Positions 36,301-48,223 of a stretch of DNA of 64,000 nt are shown piece after piece; positions within the stretch are counted from its first letter, which is position 1; each line of letters starts with the position of its first letter. Made by a program: the position numbers and the translations under genes. A model generated the notes under the pieces. That model searched no databases. It was not told the origin of the DNA and was given only the letters and a program-made list of their open reading frames with translations. The DNA comes from Eledone cirrhosa. Taxonomy: Eukaryota. The DNA lies in assembly GCA_964016885.1 (NCBI GenBank), contig OZ024744.1:131006001-131070000 (forward strand). The letters run 5' to 3'.

Positions 36301-37548
36301 GGGGTTAAGTTAAGTTGGGGATAAGTTAAGTTGGGGTTAAGTTAAGTTGGGGTTTATTTAAGTTGGGGTTAATTTAAGTTGCAGTTAAGTTAAGTTGAGG
36401 TTAAGTTAAGGTGCGGTTAAGTTAAGTTGGGGTTAAGTTAAGTTGGGGCTAAGTTAAGTTGGGGCTAAGTTAAGTTGGGGCTAAGTTAAGTTGGGGTTAG
36501 GTTAAGTTGGGGTTAAGTTAAGTCGGGGATAAGTTAAGTTGGCGTTAAGTTAAGTTGGGGTTAATTTAAGTTGGGGTTAAGTTAAGTTGGGGTTAATTTA
36601 AGTTGGGGTTAAGTTAAGTTGCGGGTAATTTAAGTTGGGGTTAAGTTAAGTTGGGGTTAAGTTAAGTTGGGGTTATGTTAAGTTGGGGTTAAGTTAAGTT
36701 GGGGTTAAGTAAAGTTGGGGCTAAGTTAAGTTGGGGCTGAGTTAAGTTGGGGTTAAGTTAAGTTGGGGTTAAGTTAAGTTGGGGATAAGTTAAGTTGGGG
36801 TTAAGTTAAGTTGGGGTTTATTTAAGTTGGGGTTAATTTAAGTTGGGGTTCAGTTAAGTTGGGGTTAAGTTAAGTTGGGGTTAAGTTAAGTTGGGGTTAA
36901 GTTAAGTTGGGGTTAAGTTAAGTTGGGTTTAAGTTAAGTTGGGGTTAAGTTAAGTTGGGGTCAAGTTAAGTTGGGGTTAAGTTAAGTTGGTTAGTTAAGT
37001 TGAGTTTAAGTTAAGTTGGGGTTAATTTATGTTGGGGTTAAGTTAAGTTGGGGTTAAGTTAAGTTGGGGTTAATTTAAGTTGGGGTTAAGTTAAGTTGCG
37101 GGTAATTTAAGTTGGGGTTAAGTTAAGTTGGGGTTAAGTTAAGTTGGGGTTATGTTAAGTTGGGGTTAAGTTAAGTTGGGGTCAAGTTAAGTTGGGGCTA
37201 AGTTAAGTTGGGGCTGAGTTAAGTTGGGGTTAAGTTAAGTTGGGGTTAAGTTAAGTTGGGGATAAGTTAAGTTGGGGTTAAGTTAAGTTGGGGTTTATTT
37301 AAGTTGGGGTTAATTTAAGTTGGGGTTCAGTTAAGTTGGGGTTAAGTTAAGTTGGGGTTAAGTTAAGTTGGGGTTAAGTTAAGTTGGGGTTAAGTTAAGT
37401 TGGGTTTAAGTTAAGTTGGGGTTAAGTTAAGTTGGGGTCAAGTTAAGTTGGGGTTAAGTTAAGTTGGTTAGTTAAGTTGAGTTTAAGTTGAGTTGGGGTT
37501 AATTTATGTTGGGGTTAAGTTAAGTTGGGGTTAAGTTAAGTTGGGGTT

Positions 37549-37732
37549 AACCCCAACTTCACTCAACCCCAACGTAACTCAACCCCAACTTAACTTAACC
37601 CCAACTTCACTTAACCCCAACTTAACTTAACCCCAACTTCACTCAACCCCAACTTAAGTCAACCCCAACTTAACTTAACCCCAACTTGACTTAACCCCAA
37701 CTTAACTTAGCACCAACTTAACTTAAGCCCAA
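37549..37732 (-). repeat. Inverted cassette 18, subfamily B (AAAGCC junction), 184 bp
   Basis: First monomer missing; ends AAGCCCAAAGCCGGGG. Confidence 0.92.
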
Positions 37733-40677
37733 AGCCGGGGTTAAGTTAAGTTGGCGTTAAGTTAAGTTAGGCTTAACTTAAGTTGGGGTTCAGTTAAGTT
37801 GGGGGTAAGTTAAGTTGGGGGTAAGTTAAGTTGGGGTTAAGTTAAGTTGCGTTTAAGTTGGGGTTAAGTTAAGTTAGGGTTAAGTTAAGTTGGGGTTAAG
37901 TTAAGTTGGGGTTAATTTAAATTGGGGTTAAGTTAACTTTGTGGTTAAGTTAAGTTGGGGTTAAGTTAAGTTGGGGTTAAGTTGGGGTTAATTTAAGTTG
38001 GGGCTAAGTTAATTTGTGGTTAAGTTAAGTTGGGGTTAAGTTAAGTTGGGGTTAAGTTAAGTTGGGGTTGAGTTAAGTTGGGGTTGAGTTAATTTGGGGT
38101 TAAATTAAGTTGGGGTTAAGTTAAGTTGGGGGTAAGTTAAGTTGGGGCTAAGTTAAGTTGGGGTTAAATTAAGTTGGGGTTACGTTAAGTTGGTGTTAAG
38201 TTAAGTTGGGGTTTATTTAAGTTGGGGTTAAGTTAAGTTGGGGTTCAGTTAAGTTGGGGTTAAGTTAAGTTGGGGTTAAGATGGGGTTAAATTAAGTTGG
38301 GGTTAAGTTAAGTTGGGGTTAAGTTGAGTTGGGGTTAAGTTAAGTTGGGGTTAAGTTAAGTCGGGGTTAAGTTAAGTTAGGGTTCAGTTAAGTTGGGGTT
38401 AAGTTAAGTTGGGGTTGAGTTAAGTTGGGGTTGAGTTAAATTGGTGTTGAGTTAAGTTGGGGTTAAGTTAAGTTGGGGTTAAGTTAAGTTGCAGTTAAGT
38501 TAAGTTGAGGTTAAGTTAAGGTGCGGTTAACTTAAGTTGGGGTTAAGTTAAGTTGGGGCTAAGTTAAGTTGGGGCTAAGTTAAGTTGGGGCTAAGTTACG
38601 TTGGGGTTAGGTTAAGTTGGGGTTAAGTTAAGTCGGGGTTAAGTTAAGTTGGCGTTAAGTTAAGTTGGGGTTAATTTAAGTTGGGGTTAGGTTAAGTTGG
38701 GGTTAATTTAAGTTGGGGTTAAGTTAAGTTGCGGGTAATTTAAGTTGGGGTTAAGTTAAGTTGGGGTTAAGTTAAGTTGGGGTTAAGTTAAGTTGGGGTT
38801 AAGTTAAGTTGGGGATAAGTTAAGTTGGGGTTAAGTTAAGTTGGGGTTTATTTAAGTTGGGGTTAATTTAAGTTGGGGTTCAGTTAAGTTGGGGTTCAGT
38901 TAAGTTGGGGTTAAGTTAAGTTGGGGTTTATTTAAGTTGGGGTTAATTTAAGTCGGGGTTAAGTTAAGTCGGGGTTAAGTTAAGATAGGGTTAAGTTAAG
39001 TTGGGGTTAAGTTAAGTTGGGGTTGTGTTAAGTTGGGGTTGAGTTAAATTGGGGTTGAGTTAAGTTGGGGTTGAGTTAAGTTGGTGTTGAGTTAAGTTGG
39101 GGTTAAGTTAAGTTGGGGTTAATTTAAGTTGCAGTTAAGTTAAGTTGAGGTTAAGTTAAGGTGGGGTTAAGTTAAGTTGGGGTTAATTTAAGTTGGGGCT
39201 AAGCTAAGTTGGGGCTAATTTAAGTTGGGGCTAAGTTAAGTTGGGGTTAAGTTAGGTTGGGGTATATTAAGTTGGGGTTAAGTTAAGTTGGGGTTAAGTT
39301 AAGTTGGGGTTAAATTAAGTTGGTGTTAAGTTAAGTTGGGGCTGAGTTAAGTTGGGGCTGAGTTAAGTTGGGGCTGAGTTAAGTTGGGGTTAAGATAAGT
39401 TGGGGTTGAGTTAAGTTGGGGTTAAGTTAAGTTGGGGTTAAGTTAAGTTGGGGTTAAGTTGGGGTTAAGTTAAGTTAGGTTTAAGTTAAGTTGGGTTTAA
39501 GTTAAGTTGGGGTTAAGTTAAGTTGGGGTTAAGTTAAGTTGGGTTTAAGTTAAGTTGGGGTTAAGTTAAGTTGGGGTTAAGTTAAGTCGGGGTTAAGTTA
39601 AGTTGGGTTTAAGTTAAGTTGGGGTTAAGTTAAGTTGGGGTTAAGTTAAGTTGGGGTTAAGTTAAGTTGGTTAGTTAAGTTGAGTTTAAGTTAAGTTGGG
39701 GTTAATTTAAGTCGGCGTTAAGTTAAGTTAGGGTTAAGTTAAGTTGGGGTTGAGTTAAGTTGGGGTTGAGTTAAATTGAGGTTGAGTTAAGTTGGGGTTG
39801 AGTTAAGTTGGTGTTGAGTTAAGTTGGGGTTAAGTTAAGTTGGGGTTAAGTTAAGTGGTGGTTAAGTTAAGTTGAGGTTAAGTTAAGTTGGGGTTAAGTT
39901 AAGTTGGGGTTAATTTAAGTTGGGGCTAAGTTAAGTTGGGGCTAAGTTAAGTTGGGGTTAAGTTAAGTTGGGGTCAACTTAAGTCGGGGTTAAGTTAAGT
40001 TGGTGTTAAGTTAAGTTGGGGTTGAGTTAAGTTGCGGTTAAGTTAAGTTGGGGTTAAGTTAAGTTGGGGTTCAGTTAAGTTTGGGTTAAGTTGGGGTTAA
40101 ATTAATTTGGGGTTAAATGAAGTTGGGGTTAAGTTAAGTTGGGGTTAAGTTAAGTTGGGGTTAATTTAAGTTGGGGTTAAGTTAACTTGCGGGTAATTTA
40201 AGTTGGGGTTAAGTTAAGTTGGGGTTAAGTTAAGTTGGGGTTAAGTTAAGTTTGGGTTAAGTTAAGTTGGGGTTGAGTTAAATTGGGGTTAAGTTAAGTT
40301 GGGGTTAAGTTAAGTTGGGGTTTATTTAAGTTGGGGTTAAGTTAAGTTGGGGTTCAGTTAAGTTGGGGTTCAGTTAAGTTGGGGTTAAGTTAAGTTGGGG
40401 TTAAGATGGGGTTAAATTAAGTTGGGGTTAAGTTAAGTTGGTTAGTTAAGTTGAGGTTAAGTTAAGTTGGGCTTAAGTTAAGTTGGGGTTAATTTAAGTT
40501 GGGGTTAAGTTAAGTTGGGGTTCAGTTAAGTTGGGGTTAAGTCAAGTTGGGGTTAAGTTGGGGTTAAATTAAGTTGGGGTTAAGTTAAGTTGGGGTCAAG
40601 TTAAGTTAGGGTTAAGTTAAGTTGGGGTTAAGTTAAGTTGGGGTTAAGTTAATTTGTGGTTAAGTTAAGTTGGGGTT

Positions 40678-40876
40678 AACCCCAATTAACTTAACCCCAA
40701 CTTCACTCAAACCCAACTTAACTCAACCCCAACTTAACTTAACCCCAGCTTCACTCAACCCCAACTTAACTTAACCCCAACTTCACTCAACCCCAACTTA
40801 ACTCAACCCCAACTTAACTTAACCCCAACTTGACTTAACCCCAACTTAACTTAACCCCAACTTAACTTAACCCCAA
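40678..40876 (-). repeat. Inverted cassette 19, subfamily A, 199 bp
   Basis: 1-bp deletion in the first unit (CCCCAATTAAC); CCCCAGCTTC; ends CCCCAAAGTCGGGG. Confidence 0.92.
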
Positions 40877-43800
40877 AGTCGGGGTTAAGTTAAGTTGGGG
40901 GTAAGTTAAGTTGGGATTAAGTTAAGTTGCGGTTAAGTTGGGGTTAAGTTAAGTTGGGGTTAAGTTAAGTCGGGGTAAGTTAAGTCGGGGTGAAGTTAAG
41001 TTAGGGTTAAGTTAAGTTGGGGTTAAGTTAAAGTTGGGGTTGAGTTAAGTTGCGGTTGAGTTAAATTGGGGTTGAGTTAAGTTGGGGTTGAGTGAAGTTG
41101 GTGTTGAGTTAAGTTGGGGTTAAGTTAAGTTGGGGTTAAGTTATGTTGCGGTTAAGTTAAGTTGAGGTTAAGTTAAGTTGGGGTTAACTTAAGTGTGGGT
41201 TAAGTTAAGTTGGGGTTAAGTTAAGTTGGGGTTGAGTTAAGTTGGGGTTGAGTTAAATTGGGGTTGAGTTAAGTTGGGGTTGAGTTAAGTTGGGGTTAAG
41301 TTAAGTTGGGGTTAAGTTAAGTTGCGGTTAAGTTAAGTTGAGGTTAAGTTAAGTTGGGGTTAACTTAAGTGTGGGTTAAGTTAAGTTGGGGTTAAGTTAA
41401 GTTGGGGTTAAGTTAAGTTGGTGTTAAGTTAAGTTGGGGCTGAGTTAAGTTGGGGCTGAGTTAAGTTGGGGCTGAGTTAAGTTGGGGTTCAGTTAAGTTG
41501 GGGTTGGGTTAAGTTGCGGTTAAGTTAAGTTGGGGTTAAGTTAAGTTGGGGTTATGTTAAGTTGGGGTTAAGGTAGGTTGGGGTTAAGTTAAGTTGGGGT
41601 TGAGTTAAGTTGGGGTTGAGTTAAATTGGGGTTGAGTTAAGTTGGGGTTGAGTTAAGTTGGGGCTGAGTTAAGTTGGGGCTGAGTTAAGTTGGGGCTGAG
41701 TTAAGTTGGGGTTCAGTTAAGTTGGGGTTGAGTTAAGTTGCGCTTAAGTTAAGTTGGGGTTAAGTTAAGTTGGGGTTATGTTAAGTTGGGGTTTAGTTAA
41801 GTTGGGGTTCACTTAAGTTGGGGTTAAGTTAAGTTTAGGTTAAGTTGGGGTTAAATTAATTTGGGGTTAAGTTAAGTTGGGGTTAAGTTAAGTTGGGGTT
41901 AATTTAAGTTGGGGTTAATTTAAGTTGGGGTTAAGTTAAGTTGCGGGTAATTTAAGTTGGGGTTAAGTTAAGTTGGTGTTAAGTTAAGTTGGGGTTAAGT
42001 TAAGTTGGGGTTAAGTTAAGTTTGGGTTAAGTTAAGTTGGGGCTAATTTAAGTTGGGGCTGAGTTAAGTTGGGGTTAAGTTAAGTTGGGGTTAAGTTAAT
42101 TTGGGGTTAAGTTGGGGTTAAGTTAAGTTGGGGTTTATTTAAGTTGGGGTTAAGTTAAGTTGGGGTTCAGTTAAGTTGGGGTTCAGTTAAGTTGGGGTTA
42201 AGTTAAGTTGGGGTTAAGTTAAGTTGGTTAGTTAAGTTGAGGTTAAGTTAAGTTGGGGTTAAGTTAAGTTGGGGTTAAGTTAAGTTGGGGTTAATTTAAG
42301 TTAGGGTTAAGTTAAGTTGGGGTTAAGTTAAGTTGGGGTTATGTTAAGTTGGGGTTAAGTTAGGTTGGGGTTAAGTTAAGTTGTGGCTAAGTTAAGTTGG
42401 GGCTGAGTTAAGTTGGGGTTAAGTTAAGTTGGGGTTAAGTTAAGTTGGGGATAAGTTAAGTTGGGGTTAAGTTAAGTTGTGGCTTATTTAAGTTGGGGTT
42501 AATTTAAGTTGGGGTTCAGTTAAGTTGGGGTTCAGTTAAGTTGGGGTTAAGTTAAGTTGGGGTTTATTTAAGTTGGGGTTAATTTAAGTCGGGGTTAAGT
42601 TAAGTCGGGGTTAAGTTAAGTTAGGGTTAATTTAAGTTGGGGTTAAGTTAAGTTGGGGTTGTGTTAAGTTGGGGTTGAGTTAAATTGGGGTTGAGTTAAG
42701 TTGGGGTTGAGTTAAGTTGGTGTTGAGTTAAGTTGGGGTTAAGTTAAGTTGGGGTTAATTTAAGTTGCAGTTAAGTTAAGTTGAGGTTAAGTTAAGGTGG
42801 GGTTAAGTTAAGTTGGGGTTAATTTAAGTTGGGGCTAAGCTAAGTTGGGGCTAAGTTCAGTTGGGGCTAAGTTAAGTTGGGGTTAAGTTAAGTTGGGGTA
42901 TATTAAGTTGGGGTTAAGTTAAGTTGGGGTTTAGTTAAGTTGGGGTTAAGTTAAGTTGGTGTTAAGTTAAGTTGGGGCTGAGTTAAGTTGGGGCTGAGTT
43001 AAGTTGGGGCTGAGTTAAGTTGGGGTTAAGATAAGTTGGGGTTGAGTTAAGTTGGGGTTAAGTTAAGTTGGGGTTAAGTTAAGTTGGGGTTAAGTTGGGG
43101 TTAAGTTAAGTTAGGTTTAAGTTAAGTTGGGTTTAAGTTAAGTTGGGGTTAAGTTAAGTTGGGGTTAAGTTAAGTTGGGTTTAAGTTAAGTTGGGGTTAA
43201 GTTAAGTTGGGGTTAAGTTAAGTCGGGGTTAAGTTAAGTTGGGGTTAAGTTAAGTTGGGGTTAAGTTAAGTTGGGGTTAAGTTAAGTTGGGGTTAAGTTA
43301 AGTTGGTGTTAAGTTAAGTTGAGGTTAAGTTAAGTTGGGGTTAAATTAAGTTGGGGTTAAGTTAAGTTGGGGTTAAGTTAAGTTGGGGTTAAGTTAAGTT
43401 GGGGATATGTTAAGTTGGGGATGAGTTAAGTTGGGGTTAAGTTAAGTTGGGTTTAAGTTAAGTTGGGGTTAAGTTAAGTTGGGGTTAAGTTAAGTTGGGG
43501 TTAAGTTAAGTTGGTTAGTTAAGTTGAGTTTAAGTTAAGTTGGGGTTAATTTAAGTCGGGGTTAAGTTAAGTTAGGGTTAAGTTGGGGTTGAGTTAAGTT
43601 GGGGTTGAGTTAAATTGGGGTTGAGTTAAGTTGGGGTTGAGTTAAGTTGGTGTTGAGTTAAGTTGGGGTTAAGTTAAGTTGGGGTTAAGTTAAGTTGTGG
43701 TTAAGTTAAGTTGAGGTTAAGCTAAGTTGGGGTTAAGTTAAGTTGGGGTTAATTTAAGTTGGGGCTAAGTTAAGTTGGGGCTAAGTTAAGTTGGGGTTAA

Positions 43801-44628
43801 GTTAAGTTGGGGTCAACTTAAGTTGGGGTTAAGTTAAGTTGGCGTTAAGTTAAGTTGGGGTTAAGTTAAGTTGGGGTTAAGTTAAGTTGGTGTTAAGTTA
43901 AGTTGGGGCTGAGTTAAGTTGGGGCTGAGTTAAGTTGGGGCTGAGTTAAGTTGGGGTTAAGTTAAGTTGGGGTTATTTTAAGTTGGGGTTTAGTTAAGTT
44001 GGGGTTCATTTAAGTTGGGTTTAGGTTAAGTTTGGGTTAAGTTGGGGTTAAATTAATTTGGGGTTAAATGAAGTTGGGGTTAAGTTAAGTTGGGGTTAAG
44101 TTAAGTTGGGGTTAATTTAAGTTGGGGTTAAGTTAAGTTGCGGGTAATTTAAGTTGGGGTTAAGTTAAGTTGGGGTTAAGTTAAGTTGGGGTTAATTTAA
44201 GTTTGGGTTAAGTTAAGTTGGGGTTAAGTTAATTTGGGGTTAAGTTAAGTTGGGGTTAAGTTAAGTTGGGGTTTATTTAAGTTGGGGTTAAGTTAAGTTG
44301 GGGTTCAGTTAAGTTGGGGTTCAGTTAAGTTGGGGTTAAGTTAAGTTGGGGTTAAGATGGGGTTAAATTAAGTTGGGGTTAAGTTAAGTTGGTTAGTTAA
44401 GTTGAGGTTAAGTTAAGTTGGGGTTAATTTAAGTTGGGGTTAAGTTAAGTTGGGCTTAACTTAAGTTGGGGTTAATTTAAGTTGGGGTTAAGTTAAGTTG
44501 GGGTTCAGTTAAGTTGGGGTTAAGTCAAGTTGGGGTTAAGTTGGGGTTAAATTAAGTTGGGGTTAAGTTAAGTTGGGGTCAAGTTAAGTTAGGGTTAAGT
44601 TAAGTTGGGGTTAAGTTAAGTTGGGGTT

Positions 44629-44828
44629 AACCCCAACTTAACTTAACCCCAACTTCACTCAAACCCAACTTAACTCAACCCCAACTTAACTTAACCCCAG
44701 CTTCACTCAACCCCAACTTAACTTAACCCCAACTTCACTCAACCCCAACTTAACTCAACCCCAACTTAACTTAACCCCAACTTGACTTAACCCCAACTTA
44801 ACTTAACCCCAACTTAACTTAACCCAAA
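44629..44828 (-). repeat. Inverted cassette 20, subfamily A, 200 bp
   Basis: CCCCAGCTTC; ends CCCAAAAGTCGGGG. Confidence 0.93.
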
Positions 44829-46164
44829 AGTCGGGGTTAAGTTAAGTTGGGGGTAAGTTAAGTTGGGATTAAGTTAAGTTGCGGTTAAGTTGGGGTTAAG
44901 TTAAGTTGGGGTTAAGTTAAGTCGGGGTAATTTAAGTCGGGGTTAAGTTAAGTTAGGGTTAAGTTAAGTTGGGGTTAAGTTAAAGTTGGGGTTGAGTTAA
45001 GTTGCGGTTGAGTTAAATTGGGGTTGAGTTAAGTTGGGGTTGAGTGAAGTTGGTGTTGAGTTAAGTTGGGGTTAAGTTAAGTTGGGGTTAAGTTATGTTG
45101 CGGTTAAGTTAAGTTGAGGTTAAGTTAAGTTGGGGTTAACTTAAGTGTGGGTTAAGTTCAGTTGGGGTTAAGTTAAGTTGGGGTTGAGTTAAGTTGGGGT
45201 TGAGTTAAATTGGGGTTGAGTTAAGTTGGGGTTGAGTTAAGTTGGTGTTGAGTTAAGTTGGGGTTAAGTTAAGTTGGGGTTAAGTTAAGTTGCGGTTAAG
45301 TTAAGTTGAGGTTAAGTTAAGTTGGGGTTAACTTAAGTGTGGGTTAAGTTAAGTTGGGGTTAAGTTAAGTTGGGGTTAAGTTAAGTTGGTGTTAAGTTAA
45401 GTTGGGGCTGAGTTAAGTTGGGGCTGAGTTAAGTTGGGGCTGAGTTAAGTTGGGGTTCAGTTAAGTTGGGGTTGAGTTAAGTTGCGGTTAAGTTAAGTTG
45501 GGGTTAAGTTAAGTTGGGGTTATGTTAAGTTGGGGTTAAGGTAGGTTGGGGTTAAGTTAAGTTGGGGTTGAGTTAAGTTGGGGTTGAGTTAAATTGGGTT
45601 TGAGTTAAGTTGGGGTTGAGTTAAGTTGGTGTTGAGTTAAGTTGGGGTTAAGTTAAGTTGGGGTTAAGTTAAGTTGCGGGTAATTTAAGTTGGGGTTAAG
45701 TTAAGTTGGGGTTAAGTTAAGTTGGGGTTAATTTAAGTTTGGGTTAAGTTAAGTTGGGGTTAAGTTAATTTGGGGTTAAGTTAAGTTGGGGTTAAGTTAA
45801 GTTGGGGTTTATTTAAGTTGGGGTTAAGTTAAGTTGGGGTTCAGTTAAGTTGGGGTTCAGTTAAGTTGGGGTTAAGTTAAGTTGGGGTTAAGATGGGGTT
45901 AAATTAAGTTGGGGTTAAGTTAAGTTGGTTAGTTAAGTTGAGGTTAAGTTAAGTTGGGGTTAATTTAAGTTGGGGTTAAGTTAAGTTGGGCTTAACTTAA
46001 GTTGGGGTTAATTTAAGTTGGGGTTAAGTTAAGTTGGGGTTCAGTTAAGTTGGGGTTAAGTCAAGTTGGGGTTAAGTTGGGGTTAAATTAAGTTGGGGTT
46101 AAGTTAAGTTGGGGTCAAGTTAAGTTAGGGCTAAGTTAAGTTGGGGTTAAGTTAAGTTGGGGTT

Positions 46165-46364
46165 AACCCCAACTTAACTTAACCCCAACTTCACTCAAAC
46201 CCAACTTAACTCAACCCCAACTTAACTTAACCCCAGCTTCACTCAACCCCAACTTAACTTAACCCCAACTTCACTCAACCCCAACTTAACTCAACCCCAA
46301 CTTAACTTAACCCCAACTTGACTTAACCCCAACTTAACTTAACCCCAACTTAACTTAACCCCAA
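46165..46364 (-). repeat. Inverted cassette 21, subfamily A, 200 bp
   Basis: CCCCAGCTTC; ends CCCCAAAGTCGGGG. Confidence 0.93.
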
Positions 46365-48023
46365 AGTCGGGGTTAAGTTAAGTTGGGGGTAAGTTAAGTT
46401 GGGATTAAGTTAAGTTGCGGTTAAGTTGGGGTTAAGTTAAGTTGGGGTTAAGTTAAGTCGGGGTAATTTAAGTCGGGGTTAAGTTAAGTTAGGGTTAAGT
46501 TAAGTTGGGGTTAAGTTAAAGTTGGGGTTGAGTTAAGTTGCGGTTGAGTTAAATTGGGGTTGAGTTAAGTTGGGGTTGAGTGAAGTTGGTGTTGAGTTAA
46601 GTTGGGGTTAAGTTAAGTTGGGGTTAAGTTATGTTGCGGTTAAGTTAAGTTGAGGTTAAGTTAAGTTGGGGTTAACTTAAGTGTGGGTTAAGTTCAGTTG
46701 GGGTTAAGTTAAGTTGGGGTTGAGTTAAGTTGGGGTTGAGTTAAATTGGGGTTGAGTTAAGTTGGGGTTGAGTTAAGTTGGTGTTGAGTTAAGTTGGGGT
46801 TAAGTTAAGTTGGGGTTAAGTTAAGTTGCGGTTAAGTTAAGTTGAGGTTAAGTTAAGTTGGGGTTAACTTAAGTGTGGGTTAAGTTAAGTTGGGATTAAG
46901 TTAAGTTGGGGTTAAGTTAAGTTGGTGTTAAGTTAAGTTGGGGCTGAGTTAAGTTGGGGCTGAGTTAAGTTGGGGCTGAGTTAAGTTGGGGTTCAGTTAA
47001 GTTGGGGTTGAGTTAAGTTGCGGTTAAGTTAAGTTGGGGTTAAGTTAAGTTGGGGTTATGTTAAGTTGGGGTTAAGGTAGGTTGGGGTTAAGTTAAGTTG
47101 GGGTTGAGTTAAGTTGGGGTTGAGTTAAATTGGGGTTGAGTTAAGTTGGGGTTGAGTTAAGTTGGTGTTGAGTTAAGTTGGGGTTAAGTTAAGTTGGGGT
47201 TAAGTTAAGTTGCGATTAAGTTAAGTTGAGGTTAAGTTAAGTTGGGGTTAACTTAAGTGTGGGTTAAGTTAAGTTAAGGTTAAGTTAAGTTGGGGTTAAG
47301 TTAAGTTGGGGTTAAGTTAAGTTGGGGTTAAGTTAAGTTGGTGTTAAGTTAAGTTGGGGCTGAGTTAAGTTGGGGCTGAGTTAAGTTGGGGCTGAGTTAA
47401 GTTGGGGTTCAGTTAAGTTGGGGTTGAGTTAAGTTGCGGTTAAGTTAAGTTGGGGTTAAGTTAAGTTGGGGTTATGTTAAGTTGGGGTTTAGTTAAGTTG
47501 GGGTTCATTTAAGTTGGGGTTAAGTTAAGTTTAGGTTAAGTTGGGGTTAAATTAATTTGGGGTTAAGTTAAGTTGGGGTTAAGTTAAGTTGGGGTTAATT
47601 TAAGTTGGGGTTAATTTAAGTTGGGGTTAAGTTAAGTTGCGGGTAATTTAAGTTGGGGTTAAGTTAAGTTGGGGTTAAGTTAAGTTGGGGTTAAGTTAAG
47701 TTGGGGTTAAGTTAAGTTAAGTTGGGGCTAATTTAAGTTGGGGCTGAGTTAAGTTGGGGTTAAGTTAAGTTGGGGTTAAGTTAATTTGGGGTTAAGTTGG
47801 GGTTAAGTTAAGTTGGGGTTTATTTAAGTTGGGGTTAAGTTAAGTTGGGGTTCAGTTAAGTTGGGGTTCAGTTAAGTTGGGGTTAAGTTAAGTTGGGGTT
47901 AAGATGGGGTTAAATTAAGTTGGGGTTAAGTTAAGTTGGGCTTAAGTTAAGTTGGGGTTAATTTAAGTTGGGGTTAAGTTAAGTTGGGGTTAAGTTAATT
48001 TGTGGTTAAGTTAAGTTGGGGTT

Positions 48024-48223
48024 AACCCCAACTTAACTTAACCCCAACTTCACTCAAACCCAACTTAACTCAACCCCAACTTAACTTAACCCCAGCTTCA
48101 CTCAACCCCAACTTAACTTAACCCCAACTTCACTCAACCCCAACTTAACTCCACCGCAACTTAACTTAACCCCAACTTGACTTAGCCCCAACTTAACTTA
48201 ACCCCAACTTAACTTAACCCCAA
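48024..48223 (-). repeat. Inverted cassette 22, subfamily A, 200 bp
   Basis: CCCCAGCTTC plus private CCACCGC; ends CCCCAAAGTCGGGG. Confidence 0.93.
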